Positions 9,703 to 18,866 of a stretch of 43,608 nucleotides of DNA are shown piece by piece; position 1 is the first letter of the stretch; each line of letters opens with the position of its first letter. The position numbers and the translations under genes were made by a program. Under the pieces are notes generated by a model. That model made no database searches. It saw only the letters and a list, made by a program, of their open reading frames with translations, and was not told the DNA's origin. This DNA is from Thermoplasmata archaeon (GTDB taxonomy: Archaea > Thermoplasmatota > Thermoplasmata > UBA10834): positions 1-43,608 of the forward strand of contig JAEHCN010000003.1 in assembly GCA_020696395.1 (NCBI GenBank), given 5' to 3'.

Positions 9703-9864
9703 GGCGTGTGGATATGACGACGTACTTGATAAAAATTGACACCGAGATTCTCGGTCTCGACACTAGAAATCGAGAATTGAAGGGGTTTTTGGTGGGCAGG
9801 AGAGCCGCCGAACACTAAGGTAACTATGGGGGAGACCTTGTGCATCCCAATGCTTGGGTTACGG

Positions 9865-10134
9865 CTACTCCTGGCCACATGCAGACTGATGAGGACTCGG
9901 CTCTCCTGACTCTCCGTACAAGAAGTCGTAGAGGTACTCGTTGCAGGAATCACAATCCTCTGTCGATTCGTCGTCCGGGACGTCCTCTCCCAGGGTGTCG
10001 CAGCTGCCGTCCTTCAGGCAGTCCCTGTCGCAATCTCCGTTGCCCTTGTCCTCGTCGAAGGCCGCCACGGTGGCAACACCGCCGACCATCATAGTCGCGC
10101 CGAGTGCCAGCGCGATCCACATCTTTGCGATCAT
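9865..10134 (-). CDS. Small secreted acidic Cys-rich protein (89 aa)
   Basis: MIAKMWIALALGATMMVGGVATVAA signal peptide; CDRDC and CDSC motifs; start at 10134 after a purine-rich SD. Confidence 0.7.
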   Translation of the reverse strand: MIAKMWIALALGATMMVGGVATVAAFDEDKGNGDCDRDCLKDGSCDTLGEDVPDDESTEDCDSCNEYLYDFLYGESGEPSPHQSACGQE

Positions 10135-10381
10135 CTTCCTCTTGCCTCGTTGACGGGTCTCGGCCCGCCGTGGTTCGAGCAAGAGGGTGGTATTGATATG
10201 TGGTTTGTGGTACAAGAATCAAAGGCTAGCACAATCTTCTATCTATTTAGCCAGGAGGCGCGATTCCGAGACATTATCGCCCCTTCTCGAGAGTTCGCTT
10301 ATCTGACCTTCATCGCGTGAAAAAGATTGGTCAGAAGTGGTTTGTGGAAGTGGTCTTCGTCTCTTGGCAGGCCCTCTAACA

Positions 10382-11341
10382 TCACTTGCTGCGATAGCGG
10401 CTCCCTCCGTTGGAGTTTCCACCGCTTTGGTCGCCGCAATGATTGTTTCCGTCACCGTCTTCTCCGTGGCTGCCGCCATCTCCTCCGTTGCCACCGCCTG
10501 GGCCCTGTGGAATCAGCTGGCCGAGGACAATCCACCCATATCCTCTGTCCTCCAGTGGCGGATTGTCAGACGTAACATTGCCTATGCCGATGCCGTAGAG
10601 GTAGTAATCTGGGTTGTTCTCCTCCAGAAGACTAGAGAACGGGTATCCATCGTTCAGAAGGTCTCCTTCTACCTCCGGGTTGTACAGGTGAGCTATGGCG
10701 TGAGTGACATTATACCATTCCCCAAGCCTTACCTCGACGGTGTAGTCCCCGATTCCATTTATCGAATCCAGAACAGATGTGTCCCAGAGCATCCCGTAGA
10801 TCAGGTGGCCACCCTTGTTGACCTCGCGGCCCAACTCGCCATCAGACTCGCCTACCCATTCTCCCGTCTCAGGATCCCACTCCCACTCGGCGACGAATGC
10901 CTCACTGTATCCATCCGGGCCTGTTATCGTAACCTCGATGTAGTTCACGGAGACCATCCTGGTCTCGTTCAGGAGTTCTGGATAGTTATTCAGAGCCCAC
11001 TGTTGCTCGGTTCCAGCCAACACGACCTCAGGTGGTATCGGAAGAGCCGCTAGGGACTCCGCAGACACGTTCAAATCCGAATCCATGATATCCTCTGGCG
11101 AATCGAGGTCTGTCATGTTGATGACCATCGCTTCGATACGCACCAGGTTGCCGATGCGCCACTGCGGCGCATAGACCATGTTGTCTGCAAAGAAGACGGC
11201 ACATGGTATCGGTTCGTCCGTGTCTTCAGGCTCCGTTATGATCATGGGCACACTGTCCTCGTGCGCAGCGGCGATGCTGACGCACGATGTTGTGGCAAAA
11301 AGCACCGCTAGCGCTGCCACGAGTACTCTCCTAACTCGCAT
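10382..11341 (-). CDS. Secreted protein of unknown family (paralog 3) with Gly-rich C-terminal tail
   Basis: AVFFADNM..APQWR.GN.VRIEAMV and GRE.NK.GHLIYG.LWDT are shared with 5811-6596; signal peptide MRVRRVLVAALAVLFA. Confidence 0.85.
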   Translation of the reverse strand: MRVRRVLVAALAVLFATTSCVSIAAAHEDSVPMIITEPEDTDEPIPCAVFFADNMVYAPQWRIGNLVRIEAMVINMTDLDSPEDIMDSDLNVSAESLAALPIPPEVVLAGTEQQWALNNYPELLNETRMVSVNYIEVTITGPDGYSEAFVAEWEWDPETGEWVGESDGELGREVNKGGHLIYGMLWDTSVLDSINGIGDYTVEVRLGEWYNVTHAIAHLYNPEVEGDLLNDGYPFSSLLEENNPDYYLYGIGIGNVTSDNPPLEDRGYGWIVLGQLIPQGPGGGNGGDGGSHGEDGDGNNHCGDQSGGNSNGGSRYRSK

Positions 11342-11814
11342 TTCTTCGTTCCCCCGTAGTTCAGTCATATGCGCGGTACCAAGCACCGACGCCTCACGGG
11401 GAAGGCATCTAATCATATATCATACGTTCGGCCAGAAACAGCGTACTGACACACGCAGAAGCCACTCGGTCATAACGAGGTTAAGATGGGGTTGTTGAAC
11501 GGCAACGGGGAACCGACGGAGGGAGGGGGGGGTCGATAGGGGATTCTCGGAAGGTTTTCAGCTCCCTCTTGTAGAAGCTCCTCTCTCGCTTGCCGGAACG
11601 TGAGCCGTGTTTCTCTTCGTGACTGTTCTTCGTACCCCGCCTTGGCTAAGCCGTTCCAGAGGTTGTTTCAACAAAGGCTATGACCGCAATCACCTAGATT
11701 ATGGGTGCAAGGTCGACATCGAAGCCGTGAAGAGGCGGGAGTGGTCTTCCGCAAGATCAGGACGCGCGTTCCGCAAGAACTTGAAATACGAAGCAACGAT
11801 TTACGTGAGGTCGT

Positions 11815-13323
11815 ATGCGGGACCGGAGAATCCGCCAGCTGCCGATAACCCGCGTGATTGGCACGCTTGGCCAAGAGATAATCGAGCTGACTCCGACGTT
11901 CTTCAGATTCTTCGCCAAGCTGCCGAAAATCGTACAGCGTTCGATCAAGATATTCCTGCCGTTCTTCGTCCTCATGGCACTCACGATAATCCCTTTCCCT
12001 CTCGATCAGCAGGTGCAGTACGCGTTGGCAATCTTCGTGTGCGTTTCCATGCTCTGGACGTTCGGAGGGCTCCCGCTGCCTGTGACCGCCCTTCTTGTGC
12101 CAGTGCTGTTGACTTTCTATGGCATATTCAAGACGGATGAAGCCCTCAAATCGTTCGCAGATCCAGTTGTCTATCTTCTCATGGGGGGCCTCATCATGGC
12201 GGAGGCGTTCAGAAAACATGGCGTTGACCGCAGGCTTGCGTATTCTATCGTTTCCAGGTTCGGAGGGGATGTGGGTAAGATACTGTTTTCGTTCATGCTC
12301 GTCTCGGCCGTTCTGTCTATGTGGATATCGAACACCGCGACAGTCGCTCTCATGATACCGGTCGTTCTTGGGATCGCGGCAAGGGCGGGTGAAGAGAAGG
12401 GTAAGCTGTCCATATTGTTCCTACTCGGCGTAGGGATTGGGTCAGCGGTAGGCGGCATGGCGACGATAACTGGGTCTGCGCCGAACGCGGTCGTATCCTC
12501 TCTGCTCGCCCAGCGGCTCGCTGAGGATGGTGCGGTATGGACGTTCGTTGACTGGATGAAGATCGGTCTTCCGACGAGCATCATCTTGCTGACTGTTTCG
12601 TGGTATGCCTTGAGAAAGATCTTCCCGGTTCGAATTGAGTCTCTAGACATCGCCTCGGTCAGGAAAGAACTCTCGGAGATGGGGCGCCTGTCCCAGGGCG
12701 AGAGGAAGACGCTCGGAATATTCTTCCCGACCGTGGTCCTGTGGGTCGCCGGGGCCGATATTGGCGCTATGTTCGGTTTTCCGCCCAGTTTCATGAGTGC
12801 CGCGATAGTTGCGTTGACCGCTGCGGTCCTGCTCTTCGCCAGTAAAACCCTTGAGTGGCAGGATGCACGATCGATTTCTTGGGATATATTTCTCATCATC
12901 GGTGCTGGACTGGCTCTCGGAGAAGGTCTTCAGCAATCCGGAGCCGCTGATTGGATGGCAGAAGCCTTGGTTTCGCTCACTGGAGACCTCCACATCCTCC
13001 TCATCATGTTCGTGGTTTCCGTAGTCTCCGTAGCCTTCTCCAACTTCATGAGCAACACCGCCGCAGCTGCGATACTCGCACCGATTCTCATCGGCATGTC
13101 CGATGTGTTGATGGTCGATCCCAAGCTGCTGGTTCTCGTCTGCGCTCTTTCCGTTTCGGTGTCCTTCATAACCCCGATAGGTACTCCGCCATTCACTCTC
13201 ATCTACTCTACGGGAATTCTGTCCCGCAAGGATCTGGCAAGAAGTGGCCTCAGGGTCTCCCTGCCGGCGATTCTGGCGATCCCGACTATCGTCTACTTGA
13301 TGGTGAAATTCGGCTTTGTGTGA
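11815..13323 (+). CDS. DASS/SLC13 family sodium:anion (dicarboxylate/sulfate) symporter
   Basis: Two SNT motifs (SMWISNTA, NFMSNTA), TGSAPN, TPIGTPP; multiple TM helices. Confidence 0.9.
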   Translation: MRDRRIRQLPITRVIGTLGQEIIELTPTFFRFFAKLPKIVQRSIKIFLPFFVLMALTIIPFPLDQQVQYALAIFVCVSMLWTFGGLPLPVTALLVPVLLTFYGIFKTDEALKSFADPVVYLLMGGLIMAEAFRKHGVDRRLAYSIVSRFGGDVGKILFSFMLVSAVLSMWISNTATVALMIPVVLGIAARAGEEKGKLSILFLLGVGIGSAVGGMATITGSAPNAVVSSLLAQRLAEDGAVWTFVDWMKIGLPTSIILLTVSWYALRKIFPVRIESLDIASVRKELSEMGRLSQGERKTLGIFFPTVVLWVAGADIGAMFGFPPSFMSAAIVALTAAVLLFASKTLEWQDARSISWDIFLIIGAGLALGEGLQQSGAADWMAEALVSLTGDLHILLIMFVVSVVSVAFSNFMSNTAAAAILAPILIGMSDVLMVDPKLLVLVCALSVSVSFITPIGTPPFTLIYSTGILSRKDLARSGLRVSLPAILAIPTIVYLMVKFGFV

Positions 13324-13339
13324 TTTGGAGGTGAAATGG

Positions 13340-13690
13340 TTGAAGGTGTTGGTGATAGGTGCAGAGAAGCTGGGTGCTCAGGTTATGAAGCAGTTGAAGA
13401 AGATACCGGAGATCGAGCTGGTCGTGGCCGAGAGACGAGAGCGGCCAGTGGCCGTAGAATGCGGAGTCATAGACAAGGTGGACATAGTTACCCATGTCAC
13501 ATCACTTAATTTCTCCGAGGTGCTCGAGCGCGCGAACCCTGACTTCGTGATCCTTGCGAGGACGGTCCAAGATTGGGAGAAGACCGAGACGCCAATGGGC
13601 TCGGAGTACGTGGAGGGTATGGAGCGAGAGCTGACCAAGTTCGACGTGGCTGTATTTCCGGTTGACGGCAGGGTGCTGGGTCCCTATTGA
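13340..13690 (+). CDS. Small Rossmann-like (TrkA-N/NAD-binding-like) protein
   Basis: KVLVIGAEKLG beta-alpha start; TTG start after SD GGAGGTGA, directly downstream of the DASS gene. Confidence 0.65.
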   Translation: MKVLVIGAEKLGAQVMKQLKKIPEIELVVAERRERPVAVECGVIDKVDIVTHVTSLNFSEVLERANPDFVILARTVQDWEKTETPMGSEYVEGMERELTKFDVAVFPVDGRVLGPY

Positions 13691-13695
13691 TCCGT

Positions 13696-14166
13696 TCAAG
13701 ACCAGAATTTCCTGCTAGCCTTGAGTATGTCGAGCCCGTTCAGCTCGCCAACGAGCACGTTGTTGTTGTCTACGACGGGCAGGTCGTTGAGGTGGTTCTC
13801 GACCATCAACTTGGTCACGTTCACGAGCATCTCGTTGTATAACACCTTGACGGACTTGCCCATGACCTCCGTGACCTTGTCGTCCGATATCTCGGCCAGC
13901 ATCCTTAGCAGGGAGGTGACGCCTGTGCTTCTCACCCCGAGTAGATATCCCGCATGTCTCAGCAGGGTCTCAAGGGTGATGGTCCCCTTCAATTTCCCCT
14001 CGCTGTCGACTACGTACACCTTTCTCGTTTCGCTGTTTTCAACAATCGCCTCGACAGCGTTCTTGAGGCTCGCTTCGGTCGAGACGGTCGCTGGTTTGAC
14101 GGCCTTCCCCACCTCTGCCATTACATCGGATACCCGGATATCGCCTACGGGCTTATCGTCCACCAT
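13696..14166 (-). CDS. CBS-domain pair protein
   Basis: VSDVM..VYVVDSEGKLKGTIT and VTEVM..LPVVDNNNVLVGEL. Confidence 0.9.
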   Translation of the reverse strand: MVDDKPVGDIRVSDVMAEVGKAVKPATVSTEASLKNAVEAIVENSETRKVYVVDSEGKLKGTITLETLLRHAGYLLGVRSTGVTSLLRMLAEISDDKVTEVMGKSVKVLYNEMLVNVTKLMVENHLNDLPVVDNNNVLVGELNGLDILKASRKFWS

Positions 14167-14211
14167 ACACCTTCTCCTCCACCATCGACAATGATGCCTC
14201 TTCCAGGTTAT

Positions 14212-15789
14212 CTAGCTTTCCTTCTTGAGGTAAACCACCCTCTGTGGGAATGGTATCTCGATGCCTGCCTCGTTCAGCTTGCGGTAGATCTCCTCGACGA
14301 GCCTGTCACGCGCGGCGATGCGCTTCCCCCTGTCGTTTATCCAAAGCCATACAATGAATGTCAGAGCCGAATCACCCATCTCGTCGAAGATGATGATCGG
14401 CTCTTTGTTCGGGTCGTCCAGAAGCGAGTACGGGTTGTCCTTGATGGCTGCCATGATCGTTTCCCTTACCTTGGTCGGATCGGAACCATAGGCCACGCCC
14501 ACGGTCACATCCACTCTACCGGGGTCGGACACGTTGGTCATCCTGGCAATCTTGTCGTTGACGAGCCTGTTGTTGGGGAGCGATACGATTGATGCATCGG
14601 TATAACGGTACAGGCGCGTCGTCCTCATGCCGATCTTCCGCACCTCACACCAGTCCCCATCGCTCAGGATGATCATATCTCCCTCGCTGAATGGCCTGTC
14701 CAGTAGGATGAACATGCCACTGAAGAAATTGGAGATCGTCTCCTGGAGTGCGAAGGCAAGCACCATCGATATGACGACACCGCCAGCCACGAACATGGTG
14801 AGGTCGACGTCCAGCGCTCCCATGGCGTATCCGAGTGCTGCGAAGGCTATCACCACCACACCAAGTTTTTCGACGACGGGTATCAGCACATCATCGACCT
14901 TGCTGGCGGTCTTCTTGGAGATGATCTTGCCGTAGTACACGATTATCTTCTTGAACAGTTTGTAGGCGAGATAGAACACGACGAGGACGACTACCACGCC
15001 ATATATCGATATGACCGTGTCCCTGAGATCTATTGGTATGTGCATATGGAGCGCGTCCATCGAGTTGACCAAGCCGTACAAGAACACGAGTAGCAGGACG
15101 GGAGTCCTGATTATGCCGAGAATGATGTCATCGAGCATCGAGGTCGTCTTTCTCGTGAACGCCCAGGCAACGCCGTCCATGATGTAGGCGATGGAGAATG
15201 CTATCGCAAGCCAGATGATTACATCCAGGAGGAATACGCCCCATTCGTTGTCCAGCGGGGACGGCAACGGGTTGTCGAAATAGCCGAGTACCTTGTTGGC
15301 GCTGGCAAACGCTCCGACAATGGTGGTGTCAGCTCCTACGGAGGACACCTGCACTAGATGCACCCCCTCGTATACATTGAGAGTGACCGTCAGGTTCGCC
15401 TCCTGGGATCCGCTTTCGAGTGGAGCAGTGACCGTTACGTTGACAGTATCGAAACCATCTGGAAGTAACGTGATTGGGGTATCGTCGGCCTCGCAGGTCC
15501 AGCCGCGACCGGATATGCTTGCGGTCACGATGACTGTGAGGTTCACCCCAGAATCGGCATTCATTATGGTCCAGTTGTAGGTGGCGCTCGATCCCGCGGT
15601 GACTTCCTTGGCGTAATCGTCGATCGACAGTACCTGCACGAATTCCGTCTGGGCTGCGCTTCCCGTGCCAGCAATCAAGGTCGACAGTAGAATCACGGAT
15701 GCTGCAATCGGAGCGAGTCTCAGAGCCAGTCGTTTCGGTCCATTCGCCTTCAAGCATATCACCGCTGAGGGTCTCCCATGGGAGAACAC
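14212..15789 (-). CDS. MscS-family mechanosensitive channel with N-terminal extracellular Ig-like domain (start uncertain)
   Basis: FALQETISNFFSG..DRPF..GD, IGMRTT, GVAYGSD, GIEIPFPQR; signal peptide plus beta-rich N-domain. Confidence 0.9.
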   Translation of the reverse strand: MFSHGRPSAVICLKANGPKRLALRLAPIAASVILLSTLIAGTGSAAQTEFVQVLSIDDYAKEVTAGSSATYNWTIMNADSGVNLTVIVTASISGRGWTCEADDTPITLLPDGFDTVNVTVTAPLESGSQEANLTVTLNVYEGVHLVQVSSVGADTTIVGAFASANKVLGYFDNPLPSPLDNEWGVFLLDVIIWLAIAFSIAYIMDGVAWAFTRKTTSMLDDIILGIIRTPVLLLVFLYGLVNSMDALHMHIPIDLRDTVISIYGVVVVLVVFYLAYKLFKKIIVYYGKIISKKTASKVDDVLIPVVEKLGVVVIAFAALGYAMGALDVDLTMFVAGGVVISMVLAFALQETISNFFSGMFILLDRPFSEGDMIILSDGDWCEVRKIGMRTTRLYRYTDASIVSLPNNRLVNDKIARMTNVSDPGRVDVTVGVAYGSDPTKVRETIMAAIKDNPYSLLDDPNKEPIIIFDEMGDSALTFIVWLWINDRGKRIAARDRLVEEIYRKLNEAGIEIPFPQRVVYLKKES

Positions 15790-15912
15790 GAGTTGCTGAC
15801 TTAACGCTTTTGGCAGAATCCGACCGACTCGAAGGCCCGGCCGGATGTTCGGGGTCGATCCGATCTAGCAGGCGCTAAAATACCCTAACCGCCATAACGC
15901 TTCCGCGGATCC

Positions 15913-16644
15913 GTGACGGCGATGGTCAGGCCTAATCCGAAGCTCGAGGAACTCAGGGGCAATATGCTCGGGACCGAATTCAAAAGCCGAAAGAACAGGG
16001 TGTTCAGGGCTACTGATCAAGGTATGACCGTTGTTGTGAAGGAGTTCTCGGACAGCGAGGTGGCGTCTAAGGAGTTCTCCGTGTTGATGAGGTGTTCTGC
16101 CGGGTCCCTCCCGGTACCTCGGCCATTGTCGACTCACACGCGCGCGATAGTCATGGAGAGCTTATCTGGCGAGACGGTGGCGGAAGCGCTCGATTCTGTA
16201 TGGCTGGGCACAGGACCGATCTCCGCCGACGAGCGGGCCAAGCTGCTCGATATCGTCGATGGCCTCGGCGAGTGGCTTGCGAGATACCATGCCCTGTTCG
16301 AGTTCAGGATGACGAGAGGCGATGCCATCATGAAGAACTTCCTCGTGAGCGACGGCAGGATCGTCGGCATCGACTTCGAGGAGGCATCGGAGGAGGATGT
16401 GATACGCGACCTCGGCGAGATGTGCTCGAGCATCCTCAGCATGCACCCAATGTTCACGGGCGACAAACTCGCTCTCTGCAGACGACTCTCCGAGCGGTAC
16501 TTCGAGCTCACGGGCGCAGAGAGGGCCGCAGACTTGAGCGCGGCGACTGCGAAAGCTCTCAGACACTACGCCAATTACAGGACCGACGGTGGGGAGTTGG
16601 TGGCAAGAGCCGCCGTGATCGAGAGCGACGGCCTGTTCTCATGA
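15913..16644 (+). CDS. Protein-kinase-like fold phosphotransferase (RIO/Bud32/APH superfamily)
   Basis: VVVK, KEF, VPRPL, catalytic loop RGDAIMKNF, IDFE. Confidence 0.75.
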   Translation: MTAMVRPNPKLEELRGNMLGTEFKSRKNRVFRATDQGMTVVVKEFSDSEVASKEFSVLMRCSAGSLPVPRPLSTHTRAIVMESLSGETVAEALDSVWLGTGPISADERAKLLDIVDGLGEWLARYHALFEFRMTRGDAIMKNFLVSDGRIVGIDFEEASEEDVIRDLGEMCSSILSMHPMFTGDKLALCRRLSERYFELTGAERAADLSAATAKALRHYANYRTDGGELVARAAVIESDGLFS

Positions 16645-17403
16645 GAATAGTGGTAGGTCGACGGAGAGATGTCCGTCCAGCTGAAAGATTACCGTTGCCA
16701 ATGCGACCGTCGCGAGAACTGCCGCGCCGTCAGATAGGGACGGCTTGCGGGGATGCAGCAATGTGCGATCGGGATAGTTGCCGAACCCCCTGCCTGTCAT
16801 CGAGGCTGCCAACGAGTTGACCTTGAACATGGCCGAGAAGAACATCGGTAGAACGGTGTATCTGGCGGACCGTACTAGCCCTCTGACGCTTCTGTCGAGT
16901 CTCAGCCCTCTGATTGCCTGTGCCTCCCGGACTGAGTTCAGCTCAAACTGAAATATCGGCACGAACCTCATGGCCAACGCAGGAAGGTAGGCGTAGCGGT
17001 AGGGCATGCCCACAGACATCAACGATGACGACAGGTCAGAGGGCTTCGTGGTGGCAATCAGCATCCATGACATCATTATCAGGCAGAGGAACTTGCCCGC
17101 TATAGTGATTCCCGCCGAGACGCCGCCTGCGGTCAAGCTGAAGAACGCGACGGACCAGATCTCCTCTCCCGAGTGGTTGAAGATTATTTGGGCGATGAAT
17201 ATCGCGAAGGCGAACCCCACGACTCCCTTGGTGAAGATGCCCCTCGTCCGGAAGTGTTGCTTCGCTGCCAGCACGGAGATAATCAACGTTATCATAAGGA
17301 CGGGGGAGCTGATCAGTATCACCAGAACCGATGCAGTTACCAACATCAGAATCTTCGCGACGGGATTCAGACTTACGGCTCCTTCGCCCCTCAGAGTCTT
17401 CAA
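16639..17403 (-). CDS. ecfT: ECF transporter transmembrane T component
   Basis: AMRFVP, EAQAIRG and SMTGRGF coupling-helix Arg motifs; TTG start overlaps the ATPase stop. Confidence 0.9.
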   Translation of the reverse strand: MKTLRGEGAVSLNPVAKILMLVTASVLVILISSPVLMITLIISVLAAKQHFRTRGIFTKGVVGFAFAIFIAQIIFNHSGEEIWSVAFFSLTAGGVSAGITIAGKFLCLIMMSWMLIATTKPSDLSSSLMSVGMPYRYAYLPALAMRFVPIFQFELNSVREAQAIRGLRLDRSVRGLVRSARYTVLPMFFSAMFKVNSLAASMTGRGFGNYPDRTLLHPRKPSLSDGAAVLATVALATVIFQLDGHLSVDLPLFS

Positions 17404-18866
17404 AGGCCTCCCTCCCTGGACAACATGTCCCAATACCTACTAGGAACACTCTCGGTCGGCCCAGAGGCGACAACCCGCCCCTGGCTGAGGGCGATCAGGT
17501 CCGTGCAGAACCCCCTCGCAAGCTCATGATCGTGGGTCACGATTACGATGGTCTTTCCTTGGTTCTGGAGCTTCTCCAAGATGTTGACGACCCTGGTTGC
17601 GTTCCCCTTGTCTTGTCCTGCGAAGGGTTCGTCCAGCAAGATTATGCTGGGTTCATGAGACGAGCCTGATAATATGTTCACCCGCCTCTTCTGTCCGAAG
17701 CTGAGACAGTGTGGGTGGACATACCTTCTCAGGTCTTCGTGCTCCTCGAATTCCTCCACATACGATTCCGCGGTTGTGGGTGGTGCGTCGAAGTTGCGCG
17801 GAGCGAAGAGCATCTCACCCTCAACGGTGTTCTCGAAGATCTGATGGTTGGGGTTCTGGAAGATGAGTCCGACGTCCCTGCCGATTCTCCAAGCCTCTGC
17901 CCGTCTATCAGGGGTGACCGTGCTTCCGCAGACGACGATTCTCCCCTTCTGAATCTTCTGAAGCCCTGCTAGATGGCGTAGAACGGTCGTCTTCCCCGAA
18001 CCATTCTCTCCCATCAGAGCTACGACGGACCCGCCATTTATCTGGAATGATACATCGTCTAGTATTGTGAAACCATCGACTTCGTAGCTGAGTTTGTCGA
18101 CAGAGATGACGGCTAAAGCAGACGCGTCACCTGGGCGTCTGTACTCAGGCGGAGCGATAGCTTCTTCACGAATCCTCCCGAACTCCCCCTGCCCTCGAGC
18201 GCAGTTCACGGTCATCCTGCCGCCATCAAGAACCATAACCCTATCGACCAAGCCGATGAAATCCTTCAGGCGATGCTCTACGATGATCGCCGTCAGATCA
18301 GACTCATTCTTCATACCCTCTATCGCTCTGATCACCTGGCCGACCGACCTTCGATCTAAGCTCGCGGTCGGCTCATCGAGTATCAGCAGTCGAGGCTTGA
18401 CCGCGAGCATCGAAGCTATCGCGACCTTCTGCTTCTCACCTCCTGAAAGTGTCGACAGCATCCGGTCCCTTAGGTGGCTGGCTTTGACACTGGACAACGA
18501 CGAGTCAATGGCGCGCTCGATATCCGCGCGGCTGAACCTCAGGTTCTCAGGGCCGAAAGCCACCTCCTCCTCGACGGTCTCCGTGCAGAACTGGGTCTCA
18601 GGATCCTGTTGGACCATGCAGGCTAAGCCTGCAACCTCGCTGGGCTCCGTGTGGATAGTCCCATCGAGCCTGATCTCCCCGGAGATCTCCGCCGGGATCA
18701 TATCCGGAATGAATCCACAGACTGCCTGCATCGCCGTAGACTTGCCCGAGGCACTGTCGCCTGCTAGAAGGACGAACTCGCCCCGTCCGATACTGAGAGT
18801 TAGATTCGAGACCGCGGGTCTCGATCTTCCCCTATATCTGATGTTGAGATTCTTGATGTCCAGCAT
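17400..18866 (-). CDS. ECF transporter fused double ATPase (A-A')
   Basis: Two ABC domains: GDSASGKS/LSGGEKQK/LDEPT and GENGSGKT/LSFGQKRR/LDEPF. Confidence 0.92.
   Translation of the reverse strand: MLDIKNLNIRYRGRSRPAVSNLTLSIGRGEFVLLAGDSASGKSTAMQAVCGFIPDMIPAEISGEIRLDGTIHTEPSEVAGLACMVQQDPETQFCTETVEEEVAFGPENLRFSRADIERAIDSSLSSVKASHLRDRMLSTLSGGEKQKVAIASMLAVKPRLLILDEPTASLDRRSVGQVIRAIEGMKNESDLTAIIVEHRLKDFIGLVDRVMVLDGGRMTVNCARGQGEFGRIREEAIAPPEYRRPGDASALAVISVDKLSYEVDGFTILDDVSFQINGGSVVALMGENGSGKTTVLRHLAGLQKIQKGRIVVCGSTVTPDRRAEAWRIGRDVGLIFQNPNHQIFENTVEGEMLFAPRNFDAPPTTAESYVEEFEEHEDLRRYVHPHCLSFGQKRRVNILSGSSHEPSIILLDEPFAGQDKGNATRVVNILEKLQNQGKTIVIVTHDHELARGFCTDLIALSQGRVVASGPTESVPSRYWDMLSREGGL

Noticed and set aside
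8482-9717. 411-aa plus-strand ORF
   Set aside because: It is the antisense shadow of the well-supported PLP enzyme and has no recognisable motifs; such ORFs are common at high GC.
9865-10134. Double-glycine RiPP precursor for the C39-like peptidase
   Set aside because: The GG lies inside an ordinary hydrophobic Sec signal peptide, and no modifying enzymes or peptidase-ABC exporter are nearby.
11607-12219. ORFs 11607-12140 (+) and 11668-12219 (-)
   Set aside because: They overlap the DASS gene in other frames and have no protein-like features.
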